A stretch of 64,000 nt of DNA, taken from the sequence record NC_048054.1. One strand, given 5' to 3'. Of the stretch, positions 25,850 through 34,449 are shown one piece after another (positions within the stretch are counted from its first letter, which is position 1; every line of letters starts with the position of its first letter). The notes beneath the pieces were generated by a model that saw only the letters and a list, made by a program, of their open reading frames with translations, searched no databases and was not told the origin of the DNA. The position numbers were made by a program, and so were the translations under genes.

Positions 25850-26199
25850 TGCCTCCTGTAATTCGTTTCAACGAGCAAACCCGTGAACTGCTGAAAAAGA
25901 CTTTCGGCATTGATTCACCTTTCATTGTCGTTCGCCGCGAGCGCATCATCGAAGACGATAAGTCTTTCGGTGATCGTGTTTATTTGAACAACGGCATTCA
26001 TACCGTGACTGTGCCTAACGTACAGGGTCTCGACTTCGGCGATAAGCTGTATCTCGCCGAAGATATGGAAGTGTATGAGTGGCACTCGCACTTCGGCCTT
26101 CATCCTAACATTCATCATTCTGTAAGCAATAACCAGAAGACTGCGCTCTCGTTCGGCCTTCATCCTATTATCTACCACAAAGACAGTCGGAACTCTTAA
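25849..26199 (+). CDS. Hypothetical protein
   Basis: 116 aa, TAATG coupling on both sides. Confidence 0.5.
   Translation: MPPVIRFNEQTRELLKKTFGIDSPFIVVRRERIIEDDKSFGDRVYLNNGIHTVTVPNVQGLDFGDKLYLAEDMEVYEWHSHFGLHPNIHHSVSNNQKTALSFGLHPIIYHKDSRNS
26092..26167. repeat. 16-bp direct repeat, 60 nt apart
   Basis: TTCGGCCTTCATCCTA at 26092 and 26152, encoding FGLHP twice. Confidence 0.6.
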
Positions 26200-27305
26200 T
26201 GAGCAAACAACAAACTCTTGATCTGCGCGATCCAAATCAGTACGAACTCTACTCGTTGCATTGCGTGGACGAGCAGTACATCAATCTGGGCAACGCTATC
26301 ATGATGCACGGTACTGACGAAACGGACCCAGGCCGCACCGAAGATACATGGCGCACTCTGATTGGTATTGGCTTCCAGTTGTCTAACACGCTGATCGCTT
26401 TCCCTGCGCTGGTGTCTGCGCGTAAGAACTGGTACGCTGCTGTAGATGAAATGTGCTGGATGGCGCGCGGCGAAACGAACATCGGCAGCCTCAATTCCAA
26501 AATCTGGAACGAGTGGGCAGACGAAGACGGCGAGTGCGGTCCTATCTACGGTCTGATGTGGCGCATGTGGCCTGATATCAAAACGTTCCCGACTATTGAG
26601 TCGATGAAAGAACGTCAGATCAGCGATGCTGAAATCGAACGTATCTCCAAAGAGATCAATCGCATGAAAGCCGCTGGTTATACCGAAACACAAATGGCCG
26701 ATGGCCGTGTGTGCTACGAAGGTACGATCGACCAGTTCGCTGATGCTCTGCGTCAGGTGATGAATCGCAGTCGTTCGCGCCGCATTCGCGTTCAGGCGTA
26801 CAACCCTGCGTATCTCCACATGCAGGGTCTGCCTCCGTGTCACACCGAGTTTGAGTTCAACGTCACTAAGCCGACGCTGTACGAAGTTGCTCAGATGGAA
26901 GCGCGTCAAATGGCACCTGCCGAAGACACGTTGCATATCACTGTGACCATGCGTTCCAATGATGTGTTGCTCGGGCGTCCCTTCAACATCATCGGCTATA
27001 GCGCGATGCACCAGATGATCGCCAAGTGGGCTGGCCTGAACGTCGGTAGCTTTACGCTGAACACTACCAACACTCACCTGTATACGCATCACTTCGAAGC
27101 GTTTGAAAAGCAACGTGAGCAGTGGGCAGTTCTCGCAGACAACATGAAACGCACAGGCGAACCTGTTGTCTATCCTATGCTGGAAATCAGCGACGACATT
27201 CTCGGCCTGACGCCAGAAGAGTTGCTGGACAACGCCAACGCAGAATGGTTCCAGCTTCTCGATTATGCACCATCACCAGCGGTTAAGGGACGTGTGACCA
27301 AATGA
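26199..27305 (+). CDS. thyA: Thymidylate synthase
   Basis: EMCW, IWNEW, GPIYG, SRR, LPPCH, RSNDVLLGRPFN (dUMP-type Asn), HLY. Confidence 0.92.
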   Translation: MSKQQTLDLRDPNQYELYSLHCVDEQYINLGNAIMMHGTDETDPGRTEDTWRTLIGIGFQLSNTLIAFPALVSARKNWYAAVDEMCWMARGETNIGSLNSKIWNEWADEDGECGPIYGLMWRMWPDIKTFPTIESMKERQISDAEIERISKEINRMKAAGYTETQMADGRVCYEGTIDQFADALRQVMNRSRSRRIRVQAYNPAYLHMQGLPPCHTEFEFNVTKPTLYEVAQMEARQMAPAEDTLHITVTMRSNDVLLGRPFNIIGYSAMHQMIAKWAGLNVGSFTLNTTNTHLYTHHFEAFEKQREQWAVLADNMKRTGEPVVYPMLEISDDILGLTPEELLDNANAEWFQLLDYAPSPAVKGRVTK

Positions 27306-27952
27306 ACAATGATAACTTCATGTTGATTAAACGCCTGAGTGCGTTCCTGTATGTCGGGTATGCAGAGCACGAGCTGCATATCCCGCGTCGCGGCGTTCAG
27401 AGTGTTCACGTTGTCATCCCTGATCCAAAAGGTGATGATGAACCTATTCTGGATATGCAGGCGCGTTGCATTTATCATCTGCCGCACAACTGCTTTATTC
27501 TGCAAGCCAGACCTGGTACAGAAGGCAATGAGACAATGTGTGCTATGAAATCGCATTGTCAGTTCAACGAAGGCCTGTTCCAGAAGTCAGTGCATGGCCG
27601 TGAGCAGGCCGCTCTCAATCTGATCATGAACGAGCTGCGCGACGCAGAAACAGATCACCCGACGTGGCCGGAAGAATGTATTCACGCTGCGTCTATCGTG
27701 GTCGAAGAAGCTGGCGAGTTGCTGCGTGACTGCGCTACGTTTGAAGAAAATGGCGATGAACGTCTTATCGTTAACATGCAGATGGAGGCGGTGCAGACAG
27801 GCGCAATGGCTGTGCGTTTCCTTAAGAATCTGCCGTTCAGCCAGAAGCGCACAATCCCGCACAACGCTTTGCGTTCTATTCTCGATTCTGAAATGTCGCC
27901 AGAAGAACAACTGATCGAGTTGCGTCGTCTGGTGCAAAATGGAGTTAGCTGA
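27302..27952 (+). CDS. MazG-like nucleotide pyrophosphohydrolase domain protein
   Basis: HAASIVVEEAGELL...EAVQTGAMAVRF. Confidence 0.6.
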   Translation: MNNDNFMLIKRLSAFLYVGYAEHELHIPRRGVQSVHVVIPDPKGDDEPILDMQARCIYHLPHNCFILQARPGTEGNETMCAMKSHCQFNEGLFQKSVHGREQAALNLIMNELRDAETDHPTWPEECIHAASIVVEEAGELLRDCATFEENGDERLIVNMQMEAVQTGAMAVRFLKNLPFSQKRTIPHNALRSILDSEMSPEEQLIELRRLVQNGVS

Positions 27953-28842
27953 TGAAGCTATTAGGTTATGCAGCCTGTGGCGGTACGCCGTTTCGTATTC
28001 TGCGCGTAGAAGACTCAGGCCAACTCACTGATGGTACGCATGAACGTATCGACCTGTTCGATTGTATCTTCACTAACGTTGACGTGTCGCATGACATTGA
28101 TACCGGCCATGCGATTCTCGCTCTGCCTCAGGCGACTGATTGGCGGGTTGACCTGACCAGTAAGATGTTCACTAAAGAGTACATGGACTGGTTCAGGGGC
28201 TACTCGCCGACAATCGAAGTTCTGCTCGATGCTCATAAGCTGAAAGCACTTCTGCCGAACATCACTCAGGAGTTTGACCAGTTCGTTGAATGGTTGAAAG
28301 CAGAAACAGCCAAGATGCCTACGCTCGAAGTCACGTTTAAGTACGACACGCTTACGGCAGTTAAGACAGGTGCCAAGTATGACATTTGGATGTTGTACAA
28401 ACACTACCTGATGGTCGAAGGTAATCTGACTGTGACGCGCAACCCTGAAGGTGACGTTATCTTCCACGATGCGCACATCTCAGAAAAGGGTACGCAACAT
28501 TGGTTGCATGAGCATAACAAAGAGATGATGCGTCTTGCGGCAGAAAACGATCTGCTTGCCGCGTACATCACTTTCGGTGTTGATCGTGGCAGGCCTCAAT
28601 ACCAGTACACGTTTGTTGCGCGTGATGGTGGGTATGCGACTCGTCAAGTTGATGATGCAGAGTTCATGCACATCGCACTTCGTGGTCTGATGCCTAAAGT
28701 TCTGATGCAGGATGCTGGCGCAAATCTAAACATGACGGTAAGTATCGAACATCACTTCCCGCAGAAGTATCTGGACTTTGAGCGCAGTGCTCGACCAACA
28801 ATCGGTTATAATCATGCACTGAATCTGATTCGTTTCATCTGA
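27952..28842 (+). CDS. Hypothetical protein
   Basis: 296-aa ORF, TGATG coupling. Confidence 0.55.
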   Translation: MKLLGYAACGGTPFRILRVEDSGQLTDGTHERIDLFDCIFTNVDVSHDIDTGHAILALPQATDWRVDLTSKMFTKEYMDWFRGYSPTIEVLLDAHKLKALLPNITQEFDQFVEWLKAETAKMPTLEVTFKYDTLTAVKTGAKYDIWMLYKHYLMVEGNLTVTRNPEGDVIFHDAHISEKGTQHWLHEHNKEMMRLAAENDLLAAYITFGVDRGRPQYQYTFVARDGGYATRQVDDAEFMHIALRGLMPKVLMQDAGANLNMTVSIEHHFPQKYLDFERSARPTIGYNHALNLIRFI

Positions 28843-28851
28843 CCGGCGCTG

Positions 28852-28887
28852 GTCTCCTGTCAGTAATTTGATTGTCTAACAGGAGAC
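28852..28887 (+). promoter_or_regulatory. SD-sequestering hairpin with TAATTT in loop
   Basis: GTCTCCTGT / ACAGGAGAC perfect 9-bp stem; AGGAG SD in 3' arm; TAATTT at 28864-28869. Confidence 0.6.
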
Positions 28888-28892
28888 TTGCC

Positions 28893-29228
28893 ATGAAATA
28901 TGATCCGAAGAAAGACTTCCATCCGTTCCAATATCTGGGTGCACCTAAAGTCCCGCACACAGGCTTCTTAGGTAACACAGTGAATTTGGTAGAGAACGAT
29001 GTAAACATCGGCAGCGATGAATGCACGTTCGAGTTCACTGTGGCTCAGATGAATCAGATGGATCGAGGTACTGTTACGTTCAGGGCTAAAGACTCTGGCG
29101 GAGGTATCGACATTAAGAAATGCTCTGTCTCAGGTCTGAAAATGGTAATTAAGCTCGACCGACGAGTGATTGAGTTTGGTAAAGTTCAAGTTGAATGGCA
29201 GACCACTCCTCGTCACTACTATTACTGA
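28893..29228 (+). CDS. Hypothetical protein (possibly late-expressed)
   Basis: ATG 28893 after AGGAG; track start 28872. Confidence 0.55.
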   Translation: MKYDPKKDFHPFQYLGAPKVPHTGFLGNTVNLVENDVNIGSDECTFEFTVAQMNQMDRGTVTFRAKDSGGGIDIKKCSVSGLKMVIKLDRRVIEFGKVQVEWQTTPRHYYY

Positions 29229-29246
29229 ATCTGTAAATAGACAGAG
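29227..29246 (+). promoter_or_regulatory. CTGTAAATA candidate promoter
   Basis: GAATCTGTAAATAGACAGAG, identical to 7757-7776; upstream of the ParB-MTase operon. Confidence 0.55.
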
Positions 29247-29273
29247 AAAGAGCAACCGATAAGAGATACGACA

Positions 29274-29984
29274 ATGGCAAAAACTGCTATCAAAGCAAAG
29301 GACGGGAAAAAGAAAAAGAATGACGGACTAAAGTTTGAGTTGAAGAAACTCAACTCCGTCGCTCAGTTGAAAGGTGCGGCGTACAACCCGCGCTTCATTA
29401 CAGACAGTCGCCTGAAAGCGCTCGAAGGTTCTTTGGGTAGTTTCGGCGACCTGTCTGGTATCGTGTTCAACAACAACGTCAAATCGGGCGTGTTGATCTC
29501 TGGCCACCAGCGCCTGAAATCAATCGAAGGCTGGAAGACTCGTATCGAGATCCAGAAGTCTGTTGACAAGCACGGTACAATCGGCCTGGGCTATATTCAC
29601 GCAACGCATCCGAAGAAAGCTGATAAGGTGATCAGCATTCCTCTGCGTGTCGTGAACTGGACCGATAAGAAAGCGGAGTATGCTGCGAACATCGCGGCGA
29701 ACGCTCATGGCGGTGAGTTCGACAACAAAAAGCTCGCCAAGCTGGTTGAACAACTCGACCTCAATACAATCAAGCCTCAACTGCTTGGTCTTGACCCGTT
29801 AGAAATTCGTGGTCTGCAAGCCAAGCTGAAAGTTCAGGCCGTTGTGCAGGACGAGAAACGTGCTGGCAAGACTACTGGCCAGATGAACGGTAGTACCGGC
29901 AAGTTCAATGAGTACAGCCCTGATGATGTGGGCGAAACTCTGAACTGCACCTGCCCGCGTTGTGGATTCAAGTTCGAGGGATAA
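29274..29984 (+). CDS. ParB/Srx-like domain protein
   Basis: AAYNPRFI, LISGHQRL, NIAAN...GEFD, C-terminal CPRCGFKF. Confidence 0.75.
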   Translation: MAKTAIKAKDGKKKKNDGLKFELKKLNSVAQLKGAAYNPRFITDSRLKALEGSLGSFGDLSGIVFNNNVKSGVLISGHQRLKSIEGWKTRIEIQKSVDKHGTIGLGYIHATHPKKADKVISIPLRVVNWTDKKAEYAANIAANAHGGEFDNKKLAKLVEQLDLNTIKPQLLGLDPLEIRGLQAKLKVQAVVQDEKRAGKTTGQMNGSTGKFNEYSPDDVGETLNCTCPRCGFKFEG

Positions 29985-29985
29985 T

Positions 29986-32115
29986 ATGATCATCAAGCCG
30001 CCTACGATGAAGGAAATCAACAAGCTAGATAAACCCTGGCGTGGTATGAGTTTCTTCGCAGGTTGCGGTGGTTCTTCTACCGGTCACAAGATGGCCGGTA
30101 TCAACATCGTGCTGAGTAACGAGTTCGTTGACCCAGCGCGTGAGTCGTATGAAGCAAACCACCCGACAACCAAAGTGCTGCCGCATGACATTCGCCGTTT
30201 AGACCCAGGTAAGTTGTTACGCTTCGCTGGTCTGGCTAAAGGCGAATTGGATTTACTTGACGGTAGTCCTCCTTGCTTTACCGAAGACACTATCATTCAT
30301 ACAGCAGACGGCATGAAGTTCATTTCGGACATGAACGTCGGCGATAAAGCGATGACAAGTATTGGTCAGTATCTTCCTGTGTATGACACTATGGTTAGAC
30401 CATATGTCGGTACCATGCACAAGATTGAAACGCTGATCAGTAGCAACAACGCAACGCCTGAGCACCCGTTCTTCGTTCGTCGTCCGCTTGAATCTGGTGG
30501 CTTCTCTGACCCGTTCTGGTGTGATGCTAAAGACGTGCAGGAAGGCGACTTGGTTGGTACACCACGAACTACTCCTGATATCGGTGCTGATGCAGTACAT
30601 GCGCAAATGGAACAACTGCCAAAGTTGATTCAGCAGTGGGTGTGCATCCCTGAGTTCTGGTGGATGGTCGGTCACTGGTGTGATCGCGGTTCAATCGAGA
30701 CTGTTAGTGGCGTAGAAGTTGTTAGCTTCGAATCGCACACCAGCCTCGAAAATGCGATGATTGAGCAAGCGTTTGATGCGCTTAAACTTAGCAGTCTGAA
30801 TCGTATCGACCGCATGACCGCACAGCGCAAAACGTTCCGCACTGTTATCGACGCCGAGCTGGTGCAGTTCCTGCGCCGCTTCGTCAGTGCTGGCAATAAC
30901 ACGTTCTCTCGCCGTCTGCCTGCTTTGGTGTTCCACCTGAGCACCGAACTGAAACGTCAATTCATTCTCGGCTGTGCTGGGCATGACTACGTTACAGCGA
31001 TGGGCACTGGTCTTGCTATCACGTCTGCAAGCAAACGCTTCCTGCTTGAGCTGAACTACCTGTGCTGTTCAGCTTTCAATCGTCCTCTGTTTGACGGTAT
31101 GATTTGGGGTGACGTGTATTTCGGTAACGCGTTAACTCCTCGTGAGCGTAACAGTTCGCGTGAGCATCTCGGCTATCTGTTCCTGCAGGAAGAGCACAAC
31201 TTCTTCCACGAGTTCGATAAAGAAGACCCGAACCTGTGGGTTGAAGTGATTGAGAACCTTGCGTATCAGGCTACTTGTGACGTCTATAACTTCTCTGTTG
31301 AAGTTGACGAAACCTACGTGGCTAATGGTACTGTGGTGCATAACTGCAAAGGCTTCTCGACTGCTGGCGTGAAAGAAGAAGGCTGGGGCAAAGAAGTTAA
31401 GTACAGTGATAACAAGTATCAGCAGGTTGATGACCTGTTCGATCAGTATTGCCGTATGCTGGAAGGCATGATGCCGAAAGTGTTCACTGCGGAGAACGTT
31501 AGTGGTCTTGTTAAAGGAGCCTCGAAAGGTTACTTCCTTGAGATCATGAAAGAGTTCGACAGGATTGGGTATTACGTCCGAGCGCCGCTGCTTAATGCTG
31601 CATGGCTTGGTGTGCCTCAGTCCCGTGAGCGTATCATCTTCATGGGTGTACGCAAAGACGTAGCACACGCTCTCGGCTATAAGAGCAATCAAACCGCTGT
31701 GCCTGATGTTGTGCCGTGTGAAACAATGGCGTTCCTTGCTGATGCGCTACCGCACATTCAACGGTATAAGTCCACGAAGAAAGATATCATTACGTATCTG
31801 CCTGCGATGAACGGACCGATGCCTACGATTACTGCGGCTGATGCAATCGCATATGAGACTGCACGATTCTCGTCTGCGGGTTTCATTGAAGACAACAAAG
31901 GCCATCGCCGTAAACTGACCATCGACGAACTCAAAGTTGTTTCTGGTCTGCCGTCTGATTATAAGCTGGTCGGCAAGTTTGAAGAACAATGGGAACGTCT
32001 TGGCCGCATCTGTGTGCCAGCAATGACACACGCCGCATCCAAAGCGCTTATCGAACACGTCTTGATTCCTTATGCGAAGAAGCGTAAGAAGAAGCCTGGC
32101 GATATCTTTAAGTAA
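29986..32115 (+). CDS. C5-cytosine DNA methyltransferase homolog with intein; candidate carboxymethyltransferase
   Basis: Motif I FAGCGG, IV GSPP-C(KGFS) after splicing, VI ENV, VIII QSRERIIF; motif X reads GRICVP instead of GN(S/A)VP. Confidence 0.85.
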   Translation: MIIKPPTMKEINKLDKPWRGMSFFAGCGGSSTGHKMAGINIVLSNEFVDPARESYEANHPTTKVLPHDIRRLDPGKLLRFAGLAKGELDLLDGSPPCFTEDTIIHTADGMKFISDMNVGDKAMTSIGQYLPVYDTMVRPYVGTMHKIETLISSNNATPEHPFFVRRPLESGGFSDPFWCDAKDVQEGDLVGTPRTTPDIGADAVHAQMEQLPKLIQQWVCIPEFWWMVGHWCDRGSIETVSGVEVVSFESHTSLENAMIEQAFDALKLSSLNRIDRMTAQRKTFRTVIDAELVQFLRRFVSAGNNTFSRRLPALVFHLSTELKRQFILGCAGHDYVTAMGTGLAITSASKRFLLELNYLCCSAFNRPLFDGMIWGDVYFGNALTPRERNSSREHLGYLFLQEEHNFFHEFDKEDPNLWVEVIENLAYQATCDVYNFSVEVDETYVANGTVVHNCKGFSTAGVKEEGWGKEVKYSDNKYQQVDDLFDQYCRMLEGMMPKVFTAENVSGLVKGASKGYFLEIMKEFDRIGYYVRAPLLNAAWLGVPQSRERIIFMGVRKDVAHALGYKSNQTAVPDVVPCETMAFLADALPHIQRYKSTKKDIITYLPAMNGPMPTITAADAIAYETARFSSAGFIEDNKGHRRKLTIDELKVVSGLPSDYKLVGKFEEQWERLGRICVPAMTHAASKALIEHVLIPYAKKRKKKPGDIFK
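30274..31344 (+). mobile_element. Intein (357 aa) with degenerate LAGLIDADG region
   Basis: CFTEDT start, ATPEHPF block B, VYNFSV...VVHN end, Cys+1 is the MTase catalytic Cys; decayed blocks WMVGHWCDRG and FILGCAGHD. Confidence 0.9.
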
Positions 32116-32125
32116 GGGTCGCTCT

Positions 32126-32230
32126 ATGTTTTATGCCGGGCTGGGAATAGGTATCGTGATTGGCGTCGTCCTCACGATATTCTGTCTGTGGTTTTTCTTC
32201 TTTAAGGACTTCGAGGTGTTCAAGCCTTGA
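32126..32230 (+). CDS. Small membrane peptide (34 aa)
   Basis: MFYAGLGIGIVIGVVLTIFCLWFFFFKDFEVFKP; not in ORF track. Confidence 0.45.
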   Translation: MFYAGLGIGIVIGVVLTIFCLWFFFFKDFEVFKP

Positions 32231-32263
32231 TTCAATCGGACAAGGAAGTCCAGGAGATTTAAA

Positions 32264-32827
32264 ATGTCATACAGTTTAGTCCGTTCAATGATGATTGCGC
32301 ATGTGCAAGAAGGTCAGCTTGTTTGCTCTAAGTACAAGATCAAACTCGGAGGTAAAGACTCCACAACGCTGTTCAACTTCATGCACCGTGTCTTCTTTGA
32401 GTACAACGGGCGCATCCTGCTTGAAGACGAGCAGGACCGTGACCTGATGCCTACGCTTAACTATCGCAAGATGGCCAAAGTGCTGGAAGGTAACGGCAGC
32501 GTGTTCTCTCGCATTCTCCAGCTTGCCCAGAAGCACGGCGTTAACTGCCGTCTGGTCAACTGTTTTAAAGACACAACTGACGTGGCCTCTGTGTTCTATC
32601 TGACGCAGCCTTCGGCAGTTGCCTGTCAAGTTCTGGAGACAGACAAAGAAGACCTCTTCGGTAAGACGTTGTTCGTTGGTGCGGACTCAGACGTTGACTA
32701 CGTTGGCCGCAATGTTGTGCCTGTCGTATGTGATGATAACTTTGACGTGGATGATAAAGTTCTCGGCGTCAACATGTTCTCGCTGTACGATGACAGCAGC
32801 AAGCTGATGGTTCTGGTCGGTAAATAA
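32264..32827 (+). CDS. Hypothetical protein
   Basis: 187 aa, AGGAG SD. Confidence 0.55.
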   Translation: MSYSLVRSMMIAHVQEGQLVCSKYKIKLGGKDSTTLFNFMHRVFFEYNGRILLEDEQDRDLMPTLNYRKMAKVLEGNGSVFSRILQLAQKHGVNCRLVNCFKDTTDVASVFYLTQPSAVACQVLETDKEDLFGKTLFVGADSDVDYVGRNVVPVVCDDNFDVDDKVLGVNMFSLYDDSSKLMVLVGK

Positions 32828-32828
32828 A

Positions 32829-33002
32829 ATGATACGCTACCCGATAATATTCCTCGCTACATGGATTCTGGTAGCGTATTCGTTATCGACAATGGACGTT
32901 ACGTATGAATGGTGTGAGAAGATAGGCATCGTTAGTGCCGCACTCGTCACACACTTCGAAATCAAATGGCAACGTTTTATCAAGAGGCAGATCAATGAGT
33001 AA
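32829..33002 (+). CDS. Small membrane protein (57 aa)
   Basis: MIRYPIIFLATWILVAYS...; fills gap and overlaps next start; not in ORF track. Confidence 0.45.
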   Translation: MIRYPIIFLATWILVAYSLSTMDVTYEWCEKIGIVSAALVTHFEIKWQRFIKRQINE

Positions 33003-33405
33003 GCGCCAAGACGCTCTCAACATTCTGAAAGAGTTCGGCTTCGATCACCAGCGTGGATTTATTCGTTTCGTTCGTGGTGAGTATCTTTCAGCATTCCAGT
33101 TTCATCTGGACGAAATTCGTGAGGTCAACATCCATCGAGGTGATGGCGTCAACAAAAATGACAGCAGCATCGTCACTGTGTGTCGTGTCAACATCGATCT
33201 GATTGGTGGCGGCTCCGCGCATTCGGGTCCTATGCACCCGGAGAACGACAAACAGCATCTGCAAAATCTTGTCGGTGCGTTCCTGTTGCTGCGTGATTCA
33301 GCTAACGGGCTCCCTTACGCTCCCTACGAAGTAAAGATCATCGACACAAAGTTTTACATCGATCAGCCAATAGTTGATTGGCCGGTTGAAACTCCCGCCG
33401 AGTAA
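32995..33405 (+). CDS. Hypothetical protein
   Basis: ATG 32995 with GAGG SD. Confidence 0.5.
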   Translation: MSKRQDALNILKEFGFDHQRGFIRFVRGEYLSAFQFHLDEIREVNIHRGDGVNKNDSSIVTVCRVNIDLIGGGSAHSGPMHPENDKQHLQNLVGAFLLLRDSANGLPYAPYEVKIIDTKFYIDQPIVDWPVETPAE

Positions 33406-33463
33406 TCGGCATTCGGTGTGTGGCACAAACGTGACTACACCCTCTACCTAAAAGGTATGTACT

Positions 33464-34369
33464 ATGTCAAAGCAACATGTGTCTTATAGCAGTGCGTTCG
33501 CAATCGGTGAAATGGCTTTACTGTCTCTCGATAACTTTGGTCAGAACAAAGTACCTTACGGCGTTATCGAAGGTGTGATGTTCTACGGTCGTCAGCGTCT
33601 GTATCGTGTGTCGTTGTTCGTTAACGACGGACCAGAGTCGAACCCATCTGCGTTCTTGCACCAGGGTCGTCCTGTTGATGGCTTCATTGCACAGGACTTG
33701 AGGCCGATTCTTGATCGTCAGTATATCGATCACATCGGTCATGTTGGTAAGTTCGAGCGTCCTGACGAAGCGTACTCAGGTAACACGCAGTTCATTCCTG
33801 GTCAGCTTGTCGAAGTTGATATCGACCTCGAAGGAACTGACGAACAGGATAAGTTCAACATTCCTGTTATGGTTACTGGCGTTACCTACGTCGAAGGTAA
33901 AGTGCTGTACGAAGTGAGCATCCAACGCGCCTACTATGAAGATGGTCGTGTTAAAAACGGTCGTCTGGTGCGCGATACTCTGAGCAATATCGACAGCATC
34001 TACCTGAAACCTGTTGGTGGTTGGCCTGAGACCGTTCTCGATTCTGAGAAAGGTGATGTAGCGCTCACCATTAAAGGTGACGGCACTGTGGCTATCGACT
34101 GTGACGCAGAGTTAGTTATTACTGCCAACTCAATCGCAGTTGAACCTACCTCAGTACCAATCTCCAACGATCTGTTTGACGCTGCATATGAAGCGCATCT
34201 CAACGGTGTGCTGTGTGGCGATAGCAACAAAGATGCAGCACGTAACTTCTTAGGCCAGTATATCCATGAACAGGATAAACGCCTCAGCGCGTTCCGTTCT
34301 CGTGGTGCAGTTACAGGCCGTGTTAGCTGTGCGCATGAAAACCTGAGCGAGATTCCTCGTTCTAAGTAA
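33464..34369 (+). CDS. Hypothetical protein with C-terminal PolA-like motif
   Basis: 301 aa ending GAVTGRVSCAHENLSEIPRSK. Confidence 0.55.
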   Translation: MSKQHVSYSSAFAIGEMALLSLDNFGQNKVPYGVIEGVMFYGRQRLYRVSLFVNDGPESNPSAFLHQGRPVDGFIAQDLRPILDRQYIDHIGHVGKFERPDEAYSGNTQFIPGQLVEVDIDLEGTDEQDKFNIPVMVTGVTYVEGKVLYEVSIQRAYYEDGRVKNGRLVRDTLSNIDSIYLKPVGGWPETVLDSEKGDVALTIKGDGTVAIDCDAELVITANSIAVEPTSVPISNDLFDAAYEAHLNGVLCGDSNKDAARNFLGQYIHEQDKRLSAFRSRGAVTGRVSCAHENLSEIPRSK

Positions 34370-34376
34370 GACCCTG

Positions 34377-34401
34377 TGGGTGGCTTCGGCCGCCCATTTT
34401 T
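34377..34401 (+). terminator. Rho-independent terminator
   Basis: TGGGTGGC-TTCG-GCCGCCCA-TTTTT. Confidence 0.75.
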
Positions 34402-34411
34402 GTATCTAAAT

Positions 34412-34420
34412 CTGTAAATA
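34412..34420 (+). promoter_or_regulatory. CTGTAAATA candidate promoter
   Basis: Directly after terminator, 30 nt before ATG 34450. Confidence 0.55.
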
Positions 34421-34449
34421 TCTGATACACAAACAAAGAGAGAATCAAT

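Noticed and set aside
26196-27113. 305-aa minus-strand ORF
   Set aside because: Shadow of thyA
26199-27305. ThyA homolog as a dCMP hydroxymethylase for modified bases
   Set aside because: Keeps the dUMP-specifying Asn (PFN) and canonical ThyA motifs
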